A stretch of 64,000 nucleotides of DNA, taken from positions 41,554 through 105,553 of the IMG/VR virus record IMGVR_UViG_3300011113_000649. One strand, given 5' to 3'. Numbering within the stretch: the first letter of the stretch is position 1; the number at the start of each line of letters is the position of its first letter. The notes beneath the pieces are model-generated. The model had not been told where the DNA came from, did no database searches, and was given only the letters and a program-made list of their open reading frames with translations. Of this stretch, positions 46,534 through 54,618 are shown piece by piece. The DNA comes from a virus. The translations under genes were made by a program, and so were the position numbers.

Positions 46534-47408
46534 AATCTAGTCTCAATTTTGTTAATATTTTTCTGTATGTCCGATGCCCATAATAGGTATACCTTGTAGC
46601 CAAAACTTTTCAAGTGGTTGACGCGAATTTTATCTTTTTTCCAAACATCTTTGGCACATAATTCTCCTGCCCATGTTATGATTATATCATTTGGTTTATA
46701 TTTTCTAGGATTGGCATGAAATGTATCTCCATAAATTTCGATAATAATCTTTTTTTGTTCTATAATTATATCTGGTCGAGGATTATATATTTTTTTTAAG
46801 GCTTTGTTGTATCTATTAAACTGTATACCATCAATATTTTCACTTATATAGATTATATTGTATTTATCTAATATATTTTCTACTCTTTGGTGTGGTATAG
46901 ATTTTTTACCATTATTTCTTCTATAGCTTGGCAAATCAACCGGATTTTCCACTCCATATTTTTTAATAAGTGTTTGTTTAGTTTTTTCTTTAACGCTTTC
47001 TAATTGAAAAACATTAGTAATTCCTTTACCATATTTTTGTTCTATGGTTTTCTGGGTTTGCTTAGATTGAAAATTATTCTTATAACCATAATTTCTTAAA
47101 TTAGTTTCTATTCTTTTTTGTTTAGTATTCGGATTATTTGCTGCCTCTTTGAGGGTCTGTGTTTTAATGCCTAGCTCTTTGCATCTAGTAATTATATGCT
47201 TAGTTTTAATTTTAGCATTGTTTATCTCTAATTCTAGCTGATAGCAAGACTTGCCTAACTTAATTATATTATCTTTTAGGTATTTTTTAGTTAAAATTTT
47301 ATTTCTATAATTAGTTATATATTGAACATAATTTTTACATTTCGCTTGATGCCCATATAATTGTTGCTTAGTCTTTAATCCGGCCTTATTGCAATATTGA
47401 CATTTCAT
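46506..47408 (-). mobile_element. free-standing Vsr/DUF559-like homing endonuclease between the intein halves
   Basis: N-terminal C2HC, repeated T..(K/N)YG units, PDIII..IIEIYGDTFH..D..R..GYKV..WASD. Confidence 0.85.
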
Positions 47409-47466
47409 TTAAAAATTTCCCTTCTGGTATTTAATACACAGATATCGAGAAAGTTGGATGGAAATT

Positions 47467-47784
47467 TCAATCAAAAAGAATTTCTTCACTTCCGTCCAGT
47501 TCATCTACGCGACGATAACACTTGAGTTTAGGAATATATACTGTGTCATTACCAGTAATATTAAGAGTAATGCCATTTTCTAAAGTAATTTTATACCATT
47601 GTGTAGGCTTGGTTTCAGAAATATCATGAGCATTACTCATATGATTAATAATTGGTTTATACTCAATTTGATTAGTTTTATGATTAAAAGACTTAATATT
47701 CCCATTAATCTTATGCTCCACAACATAGCCAATAGGCAATACAACACCGGTATCAAACTCTACCAGAGTGTCATAATCTACACA
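47467..47784 (-). mobile_element. split intein N-fragment (IntN, 105 aa)
   Basis: CVDYDTLV (block A), KSFN..IEYKPI, YKITLENG..LNITGND (block B), RVDEL. Confidence 0.9.
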
Positions 47785-48285
47785 GCCATCAATCTTTCTG
47801 CTAACATACCAACCGTCCTCCCAGTCTACAAGTTTAGGTTCATATTTATCAGCAAGAGCAACACTGAATTCTGGAATATGATCTTTGATTGCTTTGTTAA
47901 TAATCTTATCGCCAGCACGGGTTTTCAAATCCTTGTCGATAATACAATGGATCAAATCCTCATGGTGCGGATAAGTGTCAACAAAAGAATTAACCGCACC
48001 AATAGCGTCGTGACCAGTAATCTTGCGACTCTTTAGATCATCAAGAAGATCAAAAATATTATCATATCTTATTCCACGAAGATGACTTTTCTTTTTCAAA
48101 TTATCGCTTGTGACATTATATTGCCACATTGGATGATAAGTATACAGAAAAATATTCTTAGCAAAAGTTGCTGATGCTGTTTGGTGACAGCAATAGTCTA
48201 CAATAATACCTTCTTTATCCTTAGTGCTGCTAGTAGCCCTAAGATCACGAACCATTCCCCAAACATAATCAAAATCGTGAGTCAT
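47467..48285 (-). CDS. lig: DNA ligase N-terminal half fused to split intein IntN
   Basis: AGGAGA RBS, start 48285; IIDKDLK, VALA, motif I SRKIDG followed by intein C1. Confidence 0.92.
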   Translation of the reverse strand: MTHDFDYVWGMVRDLRATSSTKDKEGIIVDYCCHQTASATFAKNIFLYTYHPMWQYNVTSDNLKKKSHLRGIRYDNIFDLLDDLKSRKITGHDAIGAVNSFVDTYPHHEDLIHCIIDKDLKTRAGDKIINKAIKDHIPEFSVALADKYEPKLVDWEDGWYVSRKIDGCVDYDTLVEFDTGVVLPIGYVVEHKINGNIKSFNHKTNQIEYKPIINHMSNAHDISETKPTQWYKITLENGITLNITGNDTVYIPKLKCYRRVDELDGSEEILFD

Positions 48286-48310
48286 CCAAATAGTCTCCTG
48301 TGTTTGGTGC

Positions 48311-48339
48311 AGTATAACACACTCCAAAGCGTCTGTCAA
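48311..48339 (-). promoter_or_regulatory. sigma70-like promoter for the ligase
   Basis: TTGACA-17 nt-TATACT. Confidence 0.7.
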
Positions 48340-48520
48340 ATATCTATTTTGAGCTGTGCTTTTTTAGCTTTTCTTTTAATTTTTTGAGATATTTATCTTG
48401 TTCTAATTTTTTAGGATCTTGTTCTTCTTTTTTAAGAATTTTTTTATACAACTTTTTCCAGAAACTCATCTTTATTATCCTTAAGTAAAATAGAGAAAGG
48501 TCGTGGGCTACGCTTAGAAT

Positions 48521-48548
48521 ATCATAACTATCTGAATCCTATTGTCAA
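48521..48548 (-). promoter_or_regulatory. sigma70-like promoter
   Basis: TTGACA-16 nt-TATGAT, with GTCGATAA immediately upstream of the -35 box. Confidence 0.6.
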
Positions 48549-48622
48549 TTATCGACAGTCTGGCTCTGATTCTTTAAGACTTCCTGTTTTAGTCTTATGT
48601 CTAAGATGATAAAGATTATATA

Positions 48623-49390
48623 TTATTTAACTGATTTATCTAACTTAGTTTTAGATTCATTTATCCATTCCAAAAAATTATATATTCTAGTATGACCAGA
48701 TTCTTCTCCATACTTAGACATCGGTGATCTTCCAATCGTCATAATACAAGAATTTATTCCAGCTAGTTTTCCATCTATAAATAAACCACCACCACTATCT
48801 CCACTACATATCATATACTCTAAAGAAGTATGACTTTTACTTTCGGGCCAAGAGGGAGAACAAATTAATAAATCTTTATGTATATCATCTACAGTGTTTG
48901 AGCCTGCTCTTAATTTATTATCTGATTTACTAATACCAGTATTGAAATTTCCTGTTAATCCCCAACCCGCTATTGATGCTAATTTTCCACTTTCTTTGCC
49001 TTCTCTATATAAAGGAGGGTAGTTTTTTAAATTAAAATCTTTTTTAGAATATCCTATGGCGATATCTGCAGTTCCAACTTTTGTTTTAAAATCTTCATGA
49101 ATAATTATATTATCTAGTAAAAATTTTTCTTCATTAATTTTTATATAGCAAATTTTGTAACCTTTTACAACATGTGCTGCGGTAAGCACAAAATGTTTTT
49201 CTATAACAACACCAGACGCACAAAATACAGTACCATCTTCATATGTACCATATACTTGTACTACGCAATAGAATTTAGAGCCAAAATCTAAATACTCTTT
49301 ATCTGGTATGTTAGGATCTATCGTTCCTGAATAAGATAGTGAAGTCAATCCGAATAAAAATAACAAAAGTAATCTTTTAAAGATAAGCAT
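48623..49390 (-). CDS. secreted trypsin-like serine protease
   Basis: Signal peptide, VLTAAHV, ADIAI, GDSGGG. Confidence 0.92.
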   Translation of the reverse strand: MLIFKRLLLLFLFGLTSLSYSGTIDPNIPDKEYLDFGSKFYCVVQVYGTYEDGTVFCASGVVIEKHFVLTAAHVVKGYKICYIKINEEKFLLDNIIIHEDFKTKVGTADIAIGYSKKDFNLKNYPPLYREGKESGKLASIAGWGLTGNFNTGISKSDNKLRAGSNTVDDIHKDLLICSPSWPESKSHTSLEYMICSGDSGGGLFIDGKLAGINSCIMTIGRSPMSKYGEESGHTRIYNFLEWINESKTKLDKSVK

Positions 49391-49429
49391 AATTAAGCCT
49401 CCTTATATGGGTAGCTTAATTATAATACA

Positions 49430-49783
49430 CTATTTTATTAGTTTTCTGTTTCTAACCAAGATTAGATAATTCAATGCTTTAACTACACCTTCCAAATTAT
49501 CTCCTAATTTTCCTAACCCCTCATTACATTTACTACACAACCAACCCCTAAAACTATCGTCACTATGATTATGATCTAAACACCATTTGAAAGGAACTTT
49601 TCCACAACATTCGCATACTTCTGGTTTTGATGGAGCCTTTTTATGAAGTTTACTTCTTATCTTAGAATGTTTTTTGACGCATTTTCTACATCTACTATCT
49701 AGATTATCTTTATACATACTGTGCTTAGGAAAACTTTTGAAGTTTTTTCGTTCGTGACAGTATGCACAAATTTTTCTAGGCAT
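49430..49783 (-). CDS. endonuclease VII-like protein
   Basis: CECCG..CLDHNH..FRGWLCSKCNEGLG..GDN. Confidence 0.85.
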   Translation of the reverse strand: MPRKICAYCHERKNFKSFPKHSMYKDNLDSRCRKCVKKHSKIRSKLHKKAPSKPEVCECCGKVPFKWCLDHNHSDDSFRGWLCSKCNEGLGKLGDNLEGVVKALNYLILVRNRKLIK

Positions 49784-49828
49784 CGTTACACTTTATTCTC
49801 CTAAAAATTTATTATTTTTATATTTTAA

Positions 49829-50184
49829 TGGAGGCGAGGGAAATCGAATCCCTGTCCTATCATATTTCAAATTATATATTCTACAAGTTTATTTTATTCA
49901 TAAATTAAATAGGATTACAGAACAAACAAGATTAATTCCTATCTTATCGACTTCTCTTAACCTGCAACCCGTCGAACATTGTAGGTGCAGAGGGATTTAA
50001 CGACAGACTTTTGATCCCTACCCTCATTCGGTATCGCAGTCTGTTACTGCCCTTTTTTGTCAGGCAGCAAGTGCTAACTGAGTTTCGCCAGTTAAAGCGT
50101 TTAATCGACTTTTAAAGTGGCCTGTCGATCAACCACTACTTGCTAATATAATCTTCTTTATGTAGTCGAAACCTTTACGCCCCC
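49829..50184 (-). ncRNA. ssrA: tmRNA, tag (A)GETQLALAA, CCA not encoded
   Basis: 5' GGGGGCGTAAAGGTTTCGAC and 3' GGACAGGGATTCGATTTCCCTCGCCTCCA with a G3-U pair; tag ORF 50089..50060 after TTAACT. Confidence 0.92.
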
Positions 50185-50396
50185 TAATTTTTAGGAAATG
50201 TTTTTTCTGATTCCAATTTTTTAATTTCTTTTGTCAATAAATTATATTCATATAAACTCACCCAAGGATTAACTGCGGAGATAAATTCATTTGACTTGTT
50301 AAGTCTATAATTAAGAATTATATTATATCCAAAAGAGACTGATAGTAAACCAATAAGTATTGTGTATATTGGTAAATGTTTTGATCTGTATTGCAT
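50184..50396 (-). CDS. small membrane protein
   Basis: One TM; its TAG stop shares one base with the tmRNA 5' end. Confidence 0.5.
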   Translation of the reverse strand: MQYRSKHLPIYTILIGLLSVSFGYNIILNYRLNKSNEFISAVNPWVSLYEYNLLTKEIKKLESEKTFPKN

Positions 50397-50418
50397 AATA
50401 TGAAAACCTCTGCGTTAA

Positions 50419-50492
50419 TAGGGTGTGTAGGAGTCGAACCTACCTTTTGAATACCTTATAAGAGTATTTGCAACAACCGGCTGCAACACCCC
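50419..50492 (-). tRNA. tRNA-Ile(UAU) with atypical D arm
   Basis: GGGGTGT/ACACCCT acceptor, ATACT-CTTATAA-GGTAT anticodon arm, GTAGG-TTCGACT-CCTAC T arm. Confidence 0.8.
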
Positions 50493-50500
50493 ATTTTTAT

Positions 50501-50529
50501 ATTATAGCATATTGACTAAACCATGTCAA
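50501..50529 (-). promoter_or_regulatory. perfect sigma70 promoter for the tRNA-Ile/tmRNA unit
   Basis: TTGACA-17 nt-TATAAT, 8 nt before the tRNA. Confidence 0.8.
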
Positions 50530-50867
50530 CTCTTGAATCTAAAGTCGTGAACCTTTAGACCATATTCTGTGGCTAGATCAAACATCATCTGGGTACCAAT
50601 TCCCCCATTGAATAAAACACATGCGTCTGCATATTCTGCCATTTGTTTGTTTCGTAGATAGCCTGCTCTTTTGCCATATTTGTTCCAATTTGCTGGAAAT
50701 ATTTTAATAGGAACATCATTCCTCCTGCCCCACAATTCACCACAAGCATCCACCCCTCTTGCTGCTCCAGATACAACTTGACTAATTTCTGATCTAAGAT
50801 TGTCTAATTTAAGGAAATCTTCATCTGTTAGGATATATTCTCTACCGCCAGCAATAATCGTTTTCAT
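50526..50867 (-). CDS. SLOG-family (DUF2493/YspA-like) protein
   Basis: IIAGGR, VVSGAARGVD, ANWNKYGKRAGYLRNKQMAEYAD, GTQMM. Confidence 0.85.
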   Translation of the reverse strand: MKTIIAGGREYILTDEDFLKLDNLRSEISQVVSGAARGVDACGELWGRRNDVPIKIFPANWNKYGKRAGYLRNKQMAEYADACVLFNGGIGTQMMFDLATEYGLKVHDFRFKS

Positions 50868-51397
50868 TTTTGAGACTCAACAAAATTTCTGTATGTACCC
50901 ATTACTATTCCACTAGTTGTACCAACATTGAGAGAACGAACACTTCCATAATTAGATATAGTTAGAATAACATTAGCTCTATCTAAAATTAGATTAGATA
51001 GTCCTTTACTCTCTTCCCCAAAAATAAATATAGGTTCAAGAGCGTTATCGAATTTATAATGAAAAAGGTTAATGGTTTTATCGTCATATTCTGGAATATT
51101 ATTTTCTATAGCAATAAGAGTTCGTCCAGAACACTGTGCAAGAAAAGACTCTTCATCTTTATGATGATAAATTGGCGTGTAGTGATGAGTTCCTACACTA
51201 CCCCTTTTATCCCACTTTCTTTTGCCTACATAATGCACACTACGAAAGCCAAAAAAATTTGCATTTCGAATCATTGTGCTAAGATTGAAGTCTCCTCCAA
51301 TATTGATCATACCAACGCTAGCGGGAATACTATTCTGAGAACAATATTTAGCAATATCCGGCACTGTCAAATCTTTAAGATCATCAAGTACGTTCAT
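50864..51397 (-). CDS. SpoU/TrmH-family RNA methyltransferase
   Basis: NLSTMIRNANFFG, IFGEESKGL, GSVRSLNV. Confidence 0.88.
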   Translation of the reverse strand: MNVLDDLKDLTVPDIAKYCSQNSIPASVGMINIGGDFNLSTMIRNANFFGFRSVHYVGKRKWDKRGSVGTHHYTPIYHHKDEESFLAQCSGRTLIAIENNIPEYDDKTINLFHYKFDNALEPIFIFGEESKGLSNLILDRANVILTISNYGSVRSLNVGTTSGIVMGTYRNFVESQK

Positions 51398-51581
51398 CTT
51401 TGTTCAATTTTCTTTCCAAGCCTTTTAATTCTTGTTCCAACCTAAATATTTTATCATACATTTCAGAACAACGACGACAAAAATCAGAACTAATGTAAGT
51501 TCTGGTTTCCCATATTTCTTCTTTAATATTAGATATTCTATTGACTATCTTTTCTCTTTCGTTTTCGTTTGGGTTTATCAT
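51384..51581 (-). CDS. hypothetical protein
   Basis: Coupled ORF with CxxC. Confidence 0.5.
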   Translation of the reverse strand: MINPNENEREKIVNRISNIKEEIWETRTYISSDFCRRCSEMYDKIFRLEQELKGLERKLNKDERT

Positions 51582-51933
51582 TTTTTGGAGTCTCCTTTTG
51601 CCAAAAAACCATCTCGTTTAATGTATCGTCCCAAGCACATTCAACCAAATCTTTTGCTGCGAGTTTAGCCAGGCCGACATTATGAATCCAAGCAGATACT
51701 TGTTCAAAAATATTTTGATTAGTTTCTTCATTAAGAAGAGGATATTCATGATCATCGAAACCAAGACAGTTATTCTTGACCAGACCAATCATTTGATCTA
51801 AACTAATATAAGAATCTAAATCATCGTTTGAACTATTTTCACTAATACTGTCTGCTGCTGCTGCTCTCATTTGAGAAACGTAACCATTCAAATCAATGAT
51901 CGCATATACTTCTTTTTTCATTGTAGTCTCCAA
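51538..51933 (-). CDS. hypothetical protein (paralog of 35383..35808)
   Basis: Shared C-terminal motif LVECAWDD..N..VFW. Confidence 0.6.
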   Translation of the reverse strand: METTMKKEVYAIIDLNGYVSQMRAAAADSISENSSNDDLDSYISLDQMIGLVKNNCLGFDDHEYPLLNEETNQNIFEQVSAWIHNVGLAKLAAKDLVECAWDDTLNEMVFWQKETPKNDKPKRKRKRKDSQ

Positions 51934-52200
51934 TTATTTGATAAATTTAGATACACCACCGGACGAATCGCAAGTATCTTTAATACGGTCAATAGTATCT
52001 TGAAAAGTCAACTGTCCTCTTGGTAGCCATTTTACATCATTATACAAGGCTGTCAATATCTGAGGCATCCAGTGTTGGTACGCATCTGAATATTGTTCAG
52101 GAAAATATATTTGTAATATCGCATCTACTTTAGTAAGAGATTGCTTTATTTCATCTCTAATATTCAATAAATCGTTTATCTTAGATTGCTGATTAGACAT
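51934..52200 (-). CDS. hypothetical protein
   Basis: ORF. Confidence 0.55.
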   Translation of the reverse strand: MSNQQSKINDLLNIRDEIKQSLTKVDAILQIYFPEQYSDAYQHWMPQILTALYNDVKWLPRGQLTFQDTIDRIKDTCDSSGGVSKFIK

Positions 52201-52213
52201 GATAAGGTTGTTG

Positions 52214-52627
52214 CTATGTATTTGTTACAGCGTCTTTCTTTTTAAGTTTGAAAATCTTGTGTTTGACTTTCCAAACGCCGGTTTCTGGATTTTGGTAGTC
52301 TGGTCCCATATAAATATGGGCAAATCCAGTGTTTTTGTCCAAACCCCAAGCATGAATTCCTTTAGGGTCAACTCGTTCAACAACAAACTTACCCCTATAA
52401 CCCATAGGAATAAGTTCGCCATCATGCAGAAAATATGGGCCTCCACCAACCTTGATTTTATCACCCTTTTCAAGTTGCTTCCAATCAAAATCTTTCACAA
52501 ACTTGAGAGTACGCTTTTCTTTATTGGTAATCTTAAAAGAAAAAACATGGTTGCAATTCTTACAAACATAGGCTCGTGGCCCACAAAGATCATTACAATC
52601 TGGACAAGTCTTTTTACCTTTTGGCAT
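52214..52627 (-). CDS. Zn-ribbon protein
   Basis: KTCPDC..GPRAYVCKNC; AGGAGA RBS; own promoter. Confidence 0.65.
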   Translation of the reverse strand: MPKGKKTCPDCNDLCGPRAYVCKNCNHVFSFKITNKEKRTLKFVKDFDWKQLEKGDKIKVGGGPYFLHDGELIPMGYRGKFVVERVDPKGIHAWGLDKNTGFAHIYMGPDYQNPETGVWKVKHKIFKLKKKDAVTNT

Positions 52628-52659
52628 CGTTGTTCTCCTGTGTCAGTAGTGATAACCTA

Positions 52660-52687
52660 AGTATACAGCACTTATCGGCGTTGTCAA
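52660..52687 (-). promoter_or_regulatory. sigma70-like promoter with GCCGATA in spacer
   Basis: TTGACA-ACGCCGATAAGTGCTG-TATACT. Confidence 0.75.
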
Positions 52688-52697
52688 GCGGTGTTCT

Positions 52698-53156
52698 TTA
52701 AGAATTCCTGTGAGTCTCACAAAGAGTGGTGATCCACCCGCCTTTATTTGGTTGTCCTTTATTTCCGCAAACCTCACAAATATTATACGAAATTGCTTCT
52801 GCCATACTCACTAAACCCTCCACATAATCGTCACCACCACTAAAATAGATTCTTAATCCACCATACTTTTCTTTTATCTGATCAAACTTTACAGGAAAAT
52901 ATTCTGGTTCTTCACCATCTATTCTTATTCCCATAGAGTCTTGTATCTCTTGTTTTTGTTTTTCTTTCCATTCTTTTTGCCATCTCTTATTATCCTCATA
53001 CTGTCGAATCATCCAGCAAAGAGATGCTAATATTTCATACCAGCCATTTCCGTGCTCGCACCCCCATGCCATGCAACTAGATTGTATCCCCTTATCTTTA
53101 TTGCTAAAAAACTGTGGATATTTTTCGTATAATTTATTTTGTAATTCTAGATCCAT
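52698..53156 (-). CDS. conserved phage protein
   Basis: GW..QIKEKYGGLRIY..ICEVCG..GWITTLC pattern. Confidence 0.7.
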   Translation of the reverse strand: MDLELQNKLYEKYPQFFSNKDKGIQSSCMAWGCEHGNGWYEILASLCWMIRQYEDNKRWQKEWKEKQKQEIQDSMGIRIDGEEPEYFPVKFDQIKEKYGGLRIYFSGGDDYVEGLVSMAEAISYNICEVCGNKGQPNKGGWITTLCETHRNS

Positions 53157-53376
53157 TTTCTTTGTCTCTATCTGAAATGATAGTCAAATTACCCGGAGAG
53201 TAATGACAAAAATAACTACTATCAATTTTTCGCTTGATTAGATTATCTTCTTCAATTTCAGTATAAATATTAATTCTATATCTATTTTCCCATACATTGA
53301 TTATCTTAGTCATAAAATGATGCTTGGGTTTTTCTACTTGCTTAAACAGCAAACTCTCAATTTCAAGATCGTTCAT
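53134..53376 (-). CDS. hypothetical protein
   Basis: INVWENRYRIN..SYF. Confidence 0.55.
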   Translation of the reverse strand: MNDLEIESLLFKQVEKPKHHFMTKIINVWENRYRINIYTEIEEDNLIKRKIDSSYFCHYSPGNLTIISDRDKENGSRITK

Positions 53377-53573
53377 GAATTATCTCCGCTATCAATTTGA
53401 ATATAAATTTCTTTTTTGATATCTTGATCATACATTTCTATCAGATCGGCATGGTATAGCACTCCGTCTTGATTATCATATACTTGAACTGCTGCTTGCC
53501 AGTCAAATTTTCCAAAATATTTTAGATTGTTGGCTCGTTGATGAAGAAAGTTATATAGATCAAGCCAGTTCAT
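53373..53573 (-). CDS. hypothetical protein
   Basis: AGGAGA RBS. Confidence 0.55.
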   Translation of the reverse strand: MNWLDLYNFLHQRANNLKYFGKFDWQAAVQVYDNQDGVLYHADLIEMYDQDIKKEIYIQIDSGDNS

Positions 53574-53626
53574 TTTGAATCTCTCCTTCTTTAATTGGAA
53601 GTATCGAATTTTGCGGTTTCATAAAA

Positions 53627-53845
53627 TCATCTAGCACGACGATTTGCTCTGTCAAGAATACGAATAGTTTCTGTAGCATTACTTGGAACCATAACCAGAC
53701 TAGGAGCGGTTTTGTGTCCCCAGTCCATGAATCCTATAGCACGATTCTCTATACTACAGTCTTTGCAAATAATTTTACGACCAGTTTCAACAAGAAACTC
53801 ATACCTCTCAAAATCCATACAGTTCTGACAGTAAATACAATTCAT
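53627..53845 (-). CDS. DksA/TraR C4 zinc-finger-like protein
   Basis: CIYC..ERYEFL..ICKDCS. Confidence 0.5.
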   Translation of the reverse strand: MNCIYCQNCMDFERYEFLVETGRKIICKDCSIENRAIGFMDWGHKTAPSLVMVPSNATETIRILDRANRRAR

Positions 53846-53865
53846 TGGTATCCTCCGGTAATCGG

Positions 53866-53893
53866 ATTATACCATAACCATCGGCACGGTCAA
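53866..53893 (-). promoter_or_regulatory. sigma70-like promoter with GCCGAT in spacer
   Basis: TTGACC-GTGCCGATGGTTATGG-TATAAT. Confidence 0.7.
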
Positions 53894-54325
53894 GTCTGTT
53901 TCTGCAATCAAATTTTCAAAACTATCACAAAAATATCCAGTGTCGGTGCTATAATAAATATCAGTCAAACCAACAGTATGAAGAAGTTTATCACAGTTTT
54001 CACATGGTTTACTGCCTAGAATAAGTCCTTTTCGATTGATACGCATAACAACAATTGACCAATTAGGATCAATGGTATTATACCTATCCAAAAGTTTAGA
54101 AATAAGATGAGATTCGCTGTGGTAATATGGAAATTCTTTATATTTTGGAAGATTAAAGTCTTCTCCTATACGATAAGCACCGGTATGAGTTTTAATAGGA
54201 TTGTTTTGAGTGAAACAAATCATCTTAGTGCCATCAAACGCAGCACTATAATGATAGCATCTTACTTCCTTACATGGACTCCAGTTCTGATATGCCTTGC
54301 GAATTGTTTTGTTTATTATCTTCAT
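53867..54325 (-). CDS. cytidine/deoxycytidylate deaminase-like protein
   Basis: HSE..SKPCENC..IYYS. Confidence 0.75.
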   Translation of the reverse strand: MKIINKTIRKAYQNWSPCKEVRCYHYSAAFDGTKMICFTQNNPIKTHTGAYRIGEDFNLPKYKEFPYYHSESHLISKLLDRYNTIDPNWSIVVMRINRKGLILGSKPCENCDKLLHTVGLTDIYYSTDTGYFCDSFENLIAETDLTVPMVMV

Positions 54326-54471
54326 TTGAATTTATTGATTTTGTATACACATCGTCATACATTCCCTCTGGATAATTATCTTTTGATGGTAATGGAGTTA
54401 AATTTACCCTTTTGCTTTCTGGGGAATCTGTTAATTTAATACGTTTTGGTTCTTTCATAATTTATAATCCT

Positions 54472-54618
54472 TTATTTTGCTGCTAGCATATATAGACCAA
54501 CATTAGCAAAAGCATATCCTAAGTATGTAATCAGCATACCATAGTTGCCTTTGTATCCTTGTTCACCGGCAACATAAAGATAGCAACACCCTGTAAATCC
54601 AATTAACCAAGCACTCAT
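54472..54618 (-). CDS. small two-TM phage protein (48 aa)
   Basis: Manual ORF MSAWLIGFTGCCYLYVAGEQGYKGNYGMLITYLGYAFANVGLYMLAAK; AAGGAG RBS. Confidence 0.65.
   Translation of the reverse strand: MSAWLIGFTGCCYLYVAGEQGYKGNYGMLITYLGYAFANVGLYMLAAK

Noticed and set aside
46506-47466. Group I intron as the cause of the ligase interruption
   Set aside because: Only 58 nt of non-coding sequence is present, and both flanks carry clear intein blocks.
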